The notes beneath the pieces were generated by a model, which saw only the letters and a program-made list of their open reading frames with translations, did no database searches and was not told where the DNA came from. From a virus (lineage: Duplodnaviria > Caudoviricetes), in IMG/VR virus record IMGVR_UViG_3300038443_002533, positions 128,001 to 192,000 of that record: DNA of 64,000 nucleotides; one strand, written 5' to 3'. Within the stretch, counting starts at the first letter, position 1. The number at the start of each line of letters is the position of its first letter. Position numbers and translations under genes: made by a program. Below are positions 9,392-18,533 of the stretch, piece by piece.

Positions 9392-10513
9392 ATGCGCTTA
9401 TTTTTCGGGAGTCGAAAAATGCAACAAAACTTTACAGCGTTTGCCAAACCCAAGCTGGGTGTGATGATCGGCCGTTTCTCGTTCATCCACCGTCAGCACG
9501 AACGTACCCTGCAAATCATGGCGGCCGAGAACGACTATATCCTGGTCATGATCGGTTCGGCGAATCGCTGCGTGTCCAAGAAGAACCCGCATGAATTCGC
9601 TGTGCGTGCCGAGATCATGAGCAAGCTGCTGCGCCGGCTCAAACCGGACGGGCAGTTTCGCATCGTGTCGCTCAACGATACCCTCTACAACGAGGAACGG
9701 TGGAAGATGCGGGTGTACGGGGCTGGCGAGCAGTACGCGCAGCGGTGTGGCATCCATCCGGAACGCATCACGCTGTATGGGACCGACAAGGATGAATCGA
9801 CCTACTACCTGAACTCCTTCCCGCAATGGAAGACCAAGGACGTGGGGCGGGTCGAAGACATCGACGCTACGCGGCTGCGTGAGCTGTGGTTCCGTCATTC
9901 GCAGACGGTACCCGGTGGTTTGCGTCTCCAGGACCATCTGGTCCCCGAGATGTTCGACTACCTGAAAGACGGCCACAAGTTCAACGAGGCGTTGCAGAAG
10001 GACTGGTATTACCTCACGGTGACCGAGCCGGATAAGTTCAAGGACTATCCGTATCCTGAAGCCTTGAACGTCATGTGCGGCGATGCAATCGTGGAATGCG
10101 CTGGCCATATCCTGACCGTGACCCGGTCCGGTGATCTCGGCTATGGGCAAGTCGCACTGCCAGGTGGCCACAAGAACAAGAACGAAACCGCGTTCAATGC
10201 GGCGCTTCGGGAACTGTTCGAGGAAACCAACTTGCGTGTGCCGGAGCAGACCATCCGTAACTGCGTGCAACAAACGTACCTGTTCGACCACCCGGGCCGG
10301 ACGCTGTCGTCGGTGCCAAAATCGACGCTCGGCGTTTACGTCAAGATCGAGCCGCGTGACGGCAAGTTTCCCCGTGCCAACGGCGGGGATGATGCCGCGC
10401 ATCCGACGTTACCGAATGGTGGGATCCGCTGGATTCCCAAGTTCGACATCATCAGCGGTAAAGTCAAGATGTGGGACGACCACAATGACATCGTGGATTA
10501 TTTCACGGCGTAA
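9392..10513 (+). CDS. bifunctional NMN adenylyltransferase / Nudix ADP-ribose pyrophosphatase (NadM-Nudix, NatV-like)
   Basis: IGRF..HxxH, GSAN, NP, LND.LY, YYLNSFPQW, IDAT.LR; Nudix box GGHKNKNETAFNAALRELFEETNL. Confidence 0.9.
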   Translation: MRLFFGSRKMQQNFTAFAKPKLGVMIGRFSFIHRQHERTLQIMAAENDYILVMIGSANRCVSKKNPHEFAVRAEIMSKLLRRLKPDGQFRIVSLNDTLYNEERWKMRVYGAGEQYAQRCGIHPERITLYGTDKDESTYYLNSFPQWKTKDVGRVEDIDATRLRELWFRHSQTVPGGLRLQDHLVPEMFDYLKDGHKFNEALQKDWYYLTVTEPDKFKDYPYPEALNVMCGDAIVECAGHILTVTRSGDLGYGQVALPGGHKNKNETAFNAALRELFEETNLRVPEQTIRNCVQQTYLFDHPGRTLSSVPKSTLGVYVKIEPRDGKFPRANGGDDAAHPTLPNGGIRWIPKFDIISGKVKMWDDHNDIVDYFTA

Positions 10514-10584
10514 CGATTAGTGGCAGAAGCCATGAGGGTTGCCGGTCCCTTACCGGTGAAGTAAATAATTGGGAGTCAATTATC

Positions 10585-12138
10585 ATGCTGGAAATCGTAA
10601 AACCCTTCAACATCATCCTCTGGTGCGACACGTACAAGTTTGCTCACTGGGAAGAAATTCCGTTCGGTGTCAAGCAGATGGTGTCGGCGGTCGTGCCGCG
10701 CAAAGCCCTCTACGGCGATGACGGTGAATTCATCACCGACGAAATCGTGACGGCTGGACAAACGTTCATCGCGCACGTTTTCGCGACGGCCCGCCTCGAA
10801 CAGTGGATGATCGACGAAGCAGAAGTCGAAATTACCGAGCAGGGCTACAACTTCAACCGCGAAGGTTGGGAGTACATCCTCCGTACTTACGGCGGCCGTA
10901 TCCCCCTGACCATGTTCGGGGTCGAAGAAGGCCGTGTGGTTAAACCGCAAACGCCGATCCTGATGATCACCAATGAAGACGACGACCGGACCGCGTGGCT
11001 GGTGCCGTACTTCGAGCCGGTGATCCAGTCGGTCTCGTGGTCGATGACCTACACCGCCACCATCTGCCGTTACATGTTCACCGTGATGGCGTACTACGTA
11101 CTGCTGTCCGGCGGCAACATGAAAATGCTGGAATATCTGATCCACAACTTCGGTGATCGTGGAGCAGATGGCCCGGATGAAACCCCCGTGCTCAAAGGCA
11201 TTGCTCACGCGATGCTGTTCCTGGGCAGTGATTGCGGGCGCGCCAATCGCTACATCAAGGTGCTCTACAACACGTCCAAGCCGTACACCAGCTCGGTGGA
11301 AGCTACGGAACACACGACGGTCTGCCTGAATTCGGACGCGGAAACGCGTGACGACTTCGGCGGCATGCAGATGGTCATGCGCCGCCTCAAAGCTGTGGTC
11401 GAACGCAGCAAGCGCGGCATCGGTATCCCTGTGATCTCGACGGTGCCTGATACCTACGACGATGAACGTTTCGTCACGGTGTACGTGGCCGGCTTCAAGG
11501 TGGAAATCGAAAATTCGGGCGGACGTCTCGTCATTCGTCCGGACTCCGGTATCCCCAAGAAGAAACTGCCGCAAGTACTCGGCTGGCTGAAAGATATCTT
11601 CGGCACGACCTTGAACGAAGCTGGCTACCAAGACCTGCCATGGTGCATCGGGGCACTCTACGGTGACGGCATGAACGTTAACACGTTCGAACCTGTCGTG
11701 CGGGCAGCGGTGGTGGACCACAAGTACACCACCAACAACTTCCTGCTCGGCATGGGTGCCGGCATCACCAACGAAGGCTCCCGCGACAAACTGAGCTTCA
11801 GCATGAAAACGATCGCAGAACGCCGCGAATCGTGGAAGCGCGTGCTCAAGGAGCCGAAGTCCGACATGGGTAAGAAGTCGCTGTCGGGTCTGATCCGCAA
11901 TCGTGAAAACGAATACGGCGAACTCGAAACCTTCGACGCCTTGGCTTCGAACAGCTTGTACGAGATGTTCGTGCCGGGCCCGGGACACCGTCGCTGGCTC
12001 GACAAGGGCTATCGCGACTGGCGTCAATCGTTCGATGACACCCGCGCAAATGCGCAGAAAGGCGCCATCGACAAAGCGGCGAATCGTCTGGCCGCTGAAA
12101 AAGCAGTCAATGACGAAGCCGTCGCTGAAGTAGCGTAA
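10585..12138 (+). CDS. nadV: nicotinamide phosphoribosyltransferase (Nampt)
   Basis: DTYKFAH, HNFGDRG, ATEHT, DTYD, VIRPDSG, YGDG, GMG, KKSLSG. Confidence 0.88.
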   Translation: MLEIVKPFNIILWCDTYKFAHWEEIPFGVKQMVSAVVPRKALYGDDGEFITDEIVTAGQTFIAHVFATARLEQWMIDEAEVEITEQGYNFNREGWEYILRTYGGRIPLTMFGVEEGRVVKPQTPILMITNEDDDRTAWLVPYFEPVIQSVSWSMTYTATICRYMFTVMAYYVLLSGGNMKMLEYLIHNFGDRGADGPDETPVLKGIAHAMLFLGSDCGRANRYIKVLYNTSKPYTSSVEATEHTTVCLNSDAETRDDFGGMQMVMRRLKAVVERSKRGIGIPVISTVPDTYDDERFVTVYVAGFKVEIENSGGRLVIRPDSGIPKKKLPQVLGWLKDIFGTTLNEAGYQDLPWCIGALYGDGMNVNTFEPVVRAAVVDHKYTTNNFLLGMGAGITNEGSRDKLSFSMKTIAERRESWKRVLKEPKSDMGKKSLSGLIRNRENEYGELETFDALASNSLYEMFVPGPGHRRWLDKGYRDWRQSFDDTRANAQKGAIDKAANRLAAEKAVNDEAVAEVA

Positions 12139-12145
12139 TACGTAA

Positions 12146-12182
12146 AGCCCCAGCCCCCGTGTGGGGTTGGGGTCTTTATGCC
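12146..12182 (+). terminator. hairpin-TATG module after nadV
   Basis: CCCCAGCCCC-CGTGT-GGGGTTGGGG then TCTTTATGCC. Confidence 0.7.
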
Positions 12183-12206
12183 ATCTTTATCTAGAAAGGA
12201 ATTACC

Positions 12207-12473
12207 ATGCGCGCCCTGAAAGAACTCATTAAAACCATTGTCCTGGTGGCTTGCCTGATCTGGGTCACCAATGAAGTCTTCTTCGCTCGCCCGGCTCACG
12301 CGGCCGACGCCACGTCGTCGGTGTTGTCGACATCGTCGTTCAAAGGTGCAGACAACACTAACGTGTATGTCACGAGCTGGGTCGATCACGGCGTCAAGTG
12401 CACTGTCATTACGGCGGGCGATAAGACTGCCTACAAGAACATCCAAGCCAGTGTTTCCTGTGTGAAGTTGTAG
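12207..12473 (+). CDS. secreted/anchored small protein, paralog of 8295
   Basis: TNEVFFARPAHA, V.SW...V.CT..., C-terminal SC. Confidence 0.7.
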   Translation: MRALKELIKTIVLVACLIWVTNEVFFARPAHAADATSSVLSTSSFKGADNTNVYVTSWVDHGVKCTVITAGDKTAYKNIQASVSCVKL

Positions 12474-12475
12474 TC

Positions 12476-12727
12476 ATGGGTATAACTTACTCCAGCCTGT
12501 TTTTAGGTAACCGCACGCTTTACGAACTGAAAGTCCCGGAACACGTGGGCGGCTTAGTGCGTAAAGTGGGTAAAATGACAATCCAAGCCAGAGTGGAAGA
12601 ACAGCGCGTGGAAGACAAACAGCAACGCGCCAAGCTCTCGCAGAAGCGGCATAAAAGCAAAACCTTCCACGTCAACAAAAAGAAAGACGTACCGCCGTTT
12701 CTCCAGAATCTCGTCAAGAAAGCCTGA
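12476..12727 (+). CDS. basic hypothetical protein
   Basis: Lys/Arg-rich 83-aa ORF. Confidence 0.6.
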   Translation: MGITYSSLFLGNRTLYELKVPEHVGGLVRKVGKMTIQARVEEQRVEDKQQRAKLSQKRHKSKTFHVNKKKDVPPFLQNLVKKA

Positions 12728-12805
12728 ACAGTTATTTTTCACCTTGTAGACCTATTAATGGGGAGGTCTACATTCATACCTCCATAATCAACAATAGGAA
12801 CATTC

Positions 12806-13381
12806 ATGAACACCACGAAAAGCACCGAAGCCAAGATCAAACTGAACAACTTCAATTTCGACTCGCACGAAGTCAATCTGATCCATCGTCAATTCAGCGG
12901 AGAACGGACCCAGTTCATTTCGACCATCGATGAACTGCTGCGCTGCTGGGCCATGGCTGATTCGACCAACCCGAACATCCAGTTCAACTATGAACTCCTC
13001 TCGCGCGTCGAGAATGGCAAAGCGGTGAACCGTGAACAGCTGTACGAGGCTGACCATGTTTCGGTTTTCTTCCAACACGTCTCGGAAAAAACGGCGGTGC
13101 CGATTGCCGCGACACTGAACGCTCCGAAGCAGCTGACCAAGCTGTACGACCTGGCGTTCACCAATGCCCGTCCGACGCTGCCGGCGCATACCGTGGCGTC
13201 CCACTTCACTCTGCGCGAAGTGCTGGCCCGCGCTGCGGAATACGCAGTCATGGTTACCGTTAACGGTACGACCCTGAGCGTATTCGTCTCGGAAAGTGAA
13301 ATCAATCACTACATGTATTTCGACCTGAAACTGTTCGGCGATCTGAAGCCGTTCGTGGACCAGGTCAACGCCGCACAGTAA
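12806..13381 (+). CDS. hypothetical protein
   Basis: A/C-rich leader with SD; strong codon bias. Confidence 0.75.
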   Translation: MNTTKSTEAKIKLNNFNFDSHEVNLIHRQFSGERTQFISTIDELLRCWAMADSTNPNIQFNYELLSRVENGKAVNREQLYEADHVSVFFQHVSEKTAVPIAATLNAPKQLTKLYDLAFTNARPTLPAHTVASHFTLREVLARAAEYAVMVTVNGTTLSVFVSESEINHYMYFDLKLFGDLKPFVDQVNAAQ

Positions 13382-13445
13382 CGGCATCATCCTGCCTCCC
13401 ATCCCCCTGTTTGGGTGGGAGGATTCTATGACCTAAAGGACTATC

Positions 13446-13583
13446 ATGGATAAGAAATACTACGCCGACGGTTGGCGTGCACGGTGCAAGAACGAGCCGT
13501 TCGATCCTAATGCGTCCGCCGATTGGCAAGACGGTTGGAATGACCGCAACGAAGCGCCACAGGAAGAAACGGTGCCGGTATGA
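13446..13583 (+). CDS. Rmf-like mini-protein copy 1 (45 aa, not in ORF track)
   Basis: Manual translation MDKKYYADGWRARCKNEPFDPNASADWQDGWNDRNEAPQEETVPV; SD AAGGA. Confidence 0.65.
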   Translation: MDKKYYADGWRARCKNEPFDPNASADWQDGWNDRNEAPQEETVPV

Positions 13584-13717
13584 GGGCAACCGCTTTTGAA
13601 GTGGGGTTTCATGCGTTTTGCAAATACCAGCCCTTCGACGTCTCGCAATCGCAAGAGTGGAAAAATGGCTGGATTCACGCACAAGCCTTAGAACAACAAA
13701 TCTTAACCACTGGCTAG
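13580..13717 (+). CDS. Rmf-like mini-protein copy 2 (45 aa, not in ORF track)
   Basis: MRATAFEVGFHAFCKYQPFDVSQSQEWKNGWIHAQALEQQILTTG; ATGA overlap with copy 1. Confidence 0.6.
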   Translation: MRATAFEVGFHAFCKYQPFDVSQSQEWKNGWIHAQALEQQILTTG

Positions 13718-13890
13718 GAAAACCAACATGTCCAAAACTAAATCGAATAGCATCGAGAACTTATTGTTCGCGCTGGTTATCGGACTCGCGTTCTGCTTCG
13801 ATCGGCGACAAGAGCCCGAAGAAGAGATCAACTTCGGTTGGATCGCGGTCTGGGTCGTCGCTATCGCCATCATCGGGTACTGGAAGCATT

Positions 13891-14487
13891 ATGCGTGAGC
13901 TGACTCTTCAGGAACGGTTGATCGCGGTGGAGTTGGCGAGCCGCCACTACATCCCCAGCGCTACGGTGCAACACCCACAAGGCGTGATCGTGCCGGGCGA
14001 TAAGTTCATGACGGACAAACTGCGCGACCCGGACTATGTACCGTATTGCTTGGCCTGTTCGCCTGCTCAACGGCTGCGTCGCATCGAAGAAGGGTTTCAA
14101 TGCCCGTGCTGCAACACCAAAGCGAATTGGGATCTGACTACCTTCAACGACAACGTCGACGTCGAGTTCGAACCTGAACACGCGGAAGCTGGCGATATCG
14201 CGAGGATGAAGTTGCGTGCCGCTAAAATCGCGGCAGAACAACTCATCCGCGAGACGCCGGCTTATCCGCCCCGTTACTGGGGCGAGGATGAAGGTAAGAA
14301 GAATACGTCGCTGCACGCGTGCGGTAAGTGCGGGGAAACGTTCTTCGGCAAGAACAAGCGGAAGTACTGCAAGATCTGCCAAACGCCGATCAGTGCCAAT
14401 CAAGCTATTGAACAAAGAGCGAGGCAGCGTCATCCTTACATGGAACCGCCGGCCGCTGTGAATCGTAAGGAGCGTCGTCGTGGGTGA
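13891..14487 (+). CDS. zinc-finger protein (multiple CxxC)
   Basis: CLAC, CPCC, CGKC, CKIC; likely start MRELTLQ at 13891. Confidence 0.7.
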   Translation: MRELTLQERLIAVELASRHYIPSATVQHPQGVIVPGDKFMTDKLRDPDYVPYCLACSPAQRLRRIEEGFQCPCCNTKANWDLTTFNDNVDVEFEPEHAEAGDIARMKLRAAKIAAEQLIRETPAYPPRYWGEDEGKKNTSLHACGKCGETFFGKNKRKYCKICQTPISANQAIEQRARQRHPYMEPPAAVNRKERRRG

Positions 14488-14653
14488 TTTTTCGGTGGTA
14501 CTTAAAACCCTCCAGGGTGGGAAGAAGTTTTATAGCCAAGGCTGGAATGCCCGGGTGAACAACGAGCCTTACGATCAACAAGCCTCACCCGATTGGAAAA
14601 TCGGTTGGCGTGACTGTGAGGCGACTCCACCAGAAGAACGTAGCCTGGTTTAA
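14480..14653 (+). CDS. Rmf-like mini-protein copy 3 (57 aa, GTG start)
   Basis: ...FYSQGWNARVNNEPYDQQASPDWKIGWRDCEATPPEE; clear paralog of copy 1. Confidence 0.6.
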   Translation: MGDFSVVLKTLQGGKKFYSQGWNARVNNEPYDQQASPDWKIGWRDCEATPPEERSLV

Positions 14654-14836
14654 GGGGGGTGGTGATGAATGCTGACCAAGCCCATGAGTTATTGCGTACC
14701 GTCGCCGAGCATATGCACAAAAATGCCCATCTCGTGTACGGTATCAAGAACGCCGAGAAAGCCCGTGAAGCAATCGCCGAAGCCTTAATGGTGGACAAAG
14801 CTTCACGGGAAGCTAACCAAAAATAACGAGGACCTT

Positions 14837-15742
14837 ATGGGTGTCTATCAAATTTGGACCGTACAGATGTCGCGCAGCCGTAATTTGAAAGACAAAGGCA
14901 TCCATGCCCTCGACACGACGGTAAAATCCGGCATCAAAGCGTTTGCGCCCAAGTGGGACATGGTTATGGCGCATAAAGAGCAAAGGCTCTCGGACGCGCA
15001 GTATACAGACCAGTACACCCGCATGATGCGGGAGTCACGGCAGAATAACCACACTATCTGGAAGAAATTACAAGATCATGAGAAAACTGCTGTTCTTTGT
15101 TATTGCAGCCCAGGTAAGTTTTGCCATCGCCATCTTTTTATTCATGAAATGAAAGATTACCTGGAGAGTTTGGGCCACACGGTCGAACTTAAAGGGGAAA
15201 TCAACGGGCCGCAGTATTACAGTGAGATCCCGAAAGCGGTGGTCTCCATTCCCCGTGACGAAAAGATTGTTCCGTTTTATAGCAAGTACGATTTGTTGTC
15301 GAATCACAACCCTTCAGGTTTTACCATCAAAGGGGTGACGTTTAAGCATGTCGAGCAATTCATGATGTATTGCAAGGCGATGCTGTTTAACGACAAACTC
15401 CAAGCGGGTTTGATTCTGGCAGAACCCGATCCGCAGAAGTGTAAGATATTGGGACGGGGTGTTAGGCCGTTCGATGAAGCGTTGTGGGTGTCGAAGCGGC
15501 GACGCTATGTGTATCTCGGCTGTTTGCAAAAGGCCCGGGAGCACAAAGAAGTGCGCGATTATCTGTTGTCGACAGGTAATGCGATTTTGGTGGAAGCTAG
15601 TCCACGCGATACGATATGGGGCGTAGGGATCGCTAAGGAAGATCCGCGCATCTACGATATCGAGCAATGGCAGGGATTGAATTTACTGGGAGAGATCTGG
15701 ATGGAAGTGCGCCGGGTCTTACAAGCGGAAGTGGTATTCTAA
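14837..15742 (+). CDS. DUF488/YeaO-like + NADAR (YbiA-like) fusion protein
   Basis: N-terminal FAP.W...LCYC.PGKFCHRHL; C-terminal LSN, VEQFMMYCKA, LVEASPRDTIWGVG, GLNLLG..WMEVR. Confidence 0.85.
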   Translation: MGVYQIWTVQMSRSRNLKDKGIHALDTTVKSGIKAFAPKWDMVMAHKEQRLSDAQYTDQYTRMMRESRQNNHTIWKKLQDHEKTAVLCYCSPGKFCHRHLFIHEMKDYLESLGHTVELKGEINGPQYYSEIPKAVVSIPRDEKIVPFYSKYDLLSNHNPSGFTIKGVTFKHVEQFMMYCKAMLFNDKLQAGLILAEPDPQKCKILGRGVRPFDEALWVSKRRRYVYLGCLQKAREHKEVRDYLLSTGNAILVEASPRDTIWGVGIAKEDPRIYDIEQWQGLNLLGEIWMEVRRVLQAEVVF

Positions 15743-15801
15743 CGGAGAAAAAGGTGTTCTACAAAGCCTTTCAGCAGTACGTCCAAACCAAATGGCGAAA
15801 A

Positions 15802-16404
15802 ATGTATAACGACCTGTACGATCTGGTCGAAGGATTTATGTTCGCGGTACTCATCACTGCGTTGGCGCAACCATGGTTGATTCACGTCAATGACTGGTTG
15901 CTGGACACGCGCACCATCGTGCCGGTGTACCTCACACTGTGGACTGTGGGCATGGCCTTGATGCCGCCGCTGCGGATGTTGCTCTCCGCATTCTGCTACG
16001 GGTGCCGGTTTTATGGTGATTATGAAATCATCCATGGCACCTTCGGCTACCGCGCGTTTCGCGTGACCCCGGCCCAACAAGAATACCTTGCACTGTATTA
16101 CGAGAAGCGTCCTCGTAAGAAAGAACTTATCATCGCCTCCGCCATCATCGATGGCTCGGGTACGATCTGGTGTGTGGAAAAACCTGGACGCCATCACCAC
16201 TGCATCTGGTACATGGCACAACACGCTGCCAACAAACAAGAACACACCCAAGGTTTTCTGACCAACCAATATCGTTTCATCGGGCGGGAAGCCGGTCGAC
16301 TGCTGGCCCTGCATACGGGTCAAGTCAAACGCACGGACCACGATGAGGATCTGTTCTCAGAAGACCTGTGGGACACCCCCGAACACCTTCGCTATAAAGG
16401 TTAA
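15802..16404 (+). CDS. membrane-anchored protein with conserved phage domain (RHH..QGF.T..LFSEDLW)
   Basis: Two TM segments followed by a widespread phage motif set. Confidence 0.7.
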   Translation: MYNDLYDLVEGFMFAVLITALAQPWLIHVNDWLLDTRTIVPVYLTLWTVGMALMPPLRMLLSAFCYGCRFYGDYEIIHGTFGYRAFRVTPAQQEYLALYYEKRPRKKELIIASAIIDGSGTIWCVEKPGRHHHCIWYMAQHAANKQEHTQGFLTNQYRFIGREAGRLLALHTGQVKRTDHDEDLFSEDLWDTPEHLRYKG

Positions 16405-16407
16405 CCC

Positions 16408-17091
16408 ATGTTTCACTTCGATCCTGCTCTTCGAGCTAAGCTGGAGCGTATTCCCTCTCAAAAAGAATGGCTGGCAATGCTGAGAAAAGAACTCATGCGC
16501 AAACCCCGCTTCGGCTTTAACACCCACGGTAACGTGATTCCGGTCCCTAACCCGGGTGGTAAGAATGTCACCATCATCGCGGCCATGGATAACCACAACG
16601 GGATCGGCAAGGATAACCAGATCCCCTGGAAGATCAGCGAGGATCTGCGCCAGTTCAAACGTCTGACCCAACACAGCACGGTCATCATGGGTCGTAAGAC
16701 CTTCGAGTCGCTGGGCTGCAAACCGTTGCCGAATCGACTGAATGTCGTGCTGACGCGGGACATCCCGGGGTTCTATGATCGTCATTCGTATGACAACCTC
16801 GTGGCGATGTGGAATTTGAAAGACGCGATCGAGACTTGTCAGTCTGAACAGGTCTTCATCATCGGCGGTGGCGAGATCTATCGGCAAACCCTGGAGATGA
16901 ATCTGGCGCACGACATGCTTCTCACGCGTATCCAGCGTGACACCGAGTGCGATGCGTTTTTCCCGAAGTTCGACACCAGCCCCGCCTGGCTCGCGCCAGT
17001 GTACAGTACGCACGCCCTGAGTGGGGGCGGCACCATGCGCTACGAATACTGGCGCCGTGCGACGCAAGAACCGCTTTACTTGAAAGAATAG
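16408..17091 (+). CDS. folA: dihydrofolate reductase with N-terminal extension
   Basis: IIAAMD.HNGIG..NQIPW...EDL..FK, VIMGRKTFES, PLPNR.N.VL, FIIGGGEIY. Confidence 0.93.
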   Translation: MFHFDPALRAKLERIPSQKEWLAMLRKELMRKPRFGFNTHGNVIPVPNPGGKNVTIIAAMDNHNGIGKDNQIPWKISEDLRQFKRLTQHSTVIMGRKTFESLGCKPLPNRLNVVLTRDIPGFYDRHSYDNLVAMWNLKDAIETCQSEQVFIIGGGEIYRQTLEMNLAHDMLLTRIQRDTECDAFFPKFDTSPAWLAPVYSTHALSGGGTMRYEYWRRATQEPLYLKE

Positions 17092-17096
17092 CCACC

Positions 17097-17585
17097 ATGA
17101 GCACCACTCGTACCAAACGTACTCACAAAGCAACTGGCCGTCGTATCAACACTGTCGCGCAATCTGACGAGCGTCTGTCGATCGACCGCCGGGTATATCT
17201 ACCTTTTGATCTGGCCATTGTCCACGGGGCGATGCAAAACTTCCGTTTGGACCTGGCCAAAGGCATGCATCATTATTTGGACGACTGGCTGTTGTATAAG
17301 TCGAATTATTTGTCCGAAGCTTTGGGGTACATGAAAGACGATGGGTGCAATTTGTATCCTGGACACAATAGCGAATGGTGGATTCATACGGAACGCACCT
17401 GCGGGGTGCTGCGCATGCCGACGGATCGTTCGGTGAGGCTCTTGGATTTGTTCGACATGTGGATCGATATGGACGACCCCGAGCTTCTCAAGAGTGACGA
17501 CTTCCCGTGCCCCACCAAGATCAACTCGAACCTGGCCATCGATAAAGCGACGAAAGCGTTCGAGCGTCGGTTCTGCTATAACTGA
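17097..17585 (+). CDS. hypothetical protein
   Basis: Likely start at ATG 17097 after the folA stop. Confidence 0.65.
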   Translation: MSTTRTKRTHKATGRRINTVAQSDERLSIDRRVYLPFDLAIVHGAMQNFRLDLAKGMHHYLDDWLLYKSNYLSEALGYMKDDGCNLYPGHNSEWWIHTERTCGVLRMPTDRSVRLLDLFDMWIDMDDPELLKSDDFPCPTKINSNLAIDKATKAFERRFCYN

Positions 17586-17868
17586 TAGGAGTTGTTATGG
17601 ATGATACGCCACAAGACTTGGAAAGCGTGATCAGCCGGACGGCTTTGCCGCAGCTGCAACAATACAACGCGTTGCAAGCCAAGGAACCGATCACGTCGTT
17701 TACCATCACCAACCAACTGCGGATCGCCATGCCTAAGGATGGGGAATCGACCGACCAATCCTGCTTCGAGCAGCTCTGGGTGGCCACCGCCCGTGATCAG
17801 AGTACCTTACAAGACTGGCGTCCAGTACAGACGCTGGAAGAGAAAATCGCTTCGCAAGGGAGTTCGAC

Positions 17869-18120
17869 GTGACTGCCGATATCCGCATCATCGATGGCTT
17901 GACCATCAAACTCATCCCCAAGGACATGTTCAAAGATCGGGATGAGCAAGTCCGTAGTGTGACCTTGACGGCACTCGCCCACATTCAAGACCGCGGTTTG
18001 CGTGTTGAAGAAGTCGTGCGGATCTTCCGCGGTAATGCGTTCGTGGGTGTATCCCGTAAGAACCTCGACGGGTTGGTAGCGTCGTGGGTCGATGTGTGGA
18101 AACGCCATGGCCGCTTCTGA
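17869..18120 (+). CDS. hypothetical protein, paralog of 18107
   Basis: IRI.DG..IK.IP...RG..V.E....FRG...WV..W. Confidence 0.7.
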   Translation: MTADIRIIDGLTIKLIPKDMFKDRDEQVRSVTLTALAHIQDRGLRVEEVVRIFRGNAFVGVSRKNLDGLVASWVDVWKRHGRF

Positions 18121-18382
18121 AGTGGCAAGCACCTCGACCATCCGCATCGACAACGGTAAGTGGGCAAAAGCGATCCCCATCGGGATGCTGTTAGGCCATG
18201 AAGACAAGATCAAAACGTTCTTCCATTGCACGATTACTGGGCTTCTGGCGCGGGGCGTGAAGGTGAAAGAATTCATCGAGTGTTTTCGAGGCGGGAATTA
18301 TAACCACCTGACGATGCAGGAAATGGACTTCTTGCTGCACACCTGGGTGTATTGTTGGGAAAAAAAGGGGCATTTTGAGTAA
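18107..18382 (+). CDS. hypothetical protein, paralog of 17869
   Basis: Same motif pattern. Confidence 0.7.
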   Translation: MAASEVASTSTIRIDNGKWAKAIPIGMLLGHEDKIKTFFHCTITGLLARGVKVKEFIECFRGGNYNHLTMQEMDFLLHTWVYCWEKKGHFE

Positions 18383-18533
18383 TGGCGATAAGCGATTTCG
18401 CGCACATATTACCTCTTTGATCTAGCTCGCATGATGAGAGACCAGTCCTTCGGGGCTGGTCTTTTATGCCGTCATCCGGGTAAAAAACATCCAGAACTCC
18501 GATTCTCTGTATAACCAACAATAAGGAAGCATA

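Noticed and set aside
10510-10580. Twister-like pattern (CCGG-TCCC...CCGG, downstream GGGA) between nadM and nadV
   Set aside because: No P1 stem, and the conserved G-A before T1 and the T2 GC pair are missing; more likely an ordinary hairpin/leader.
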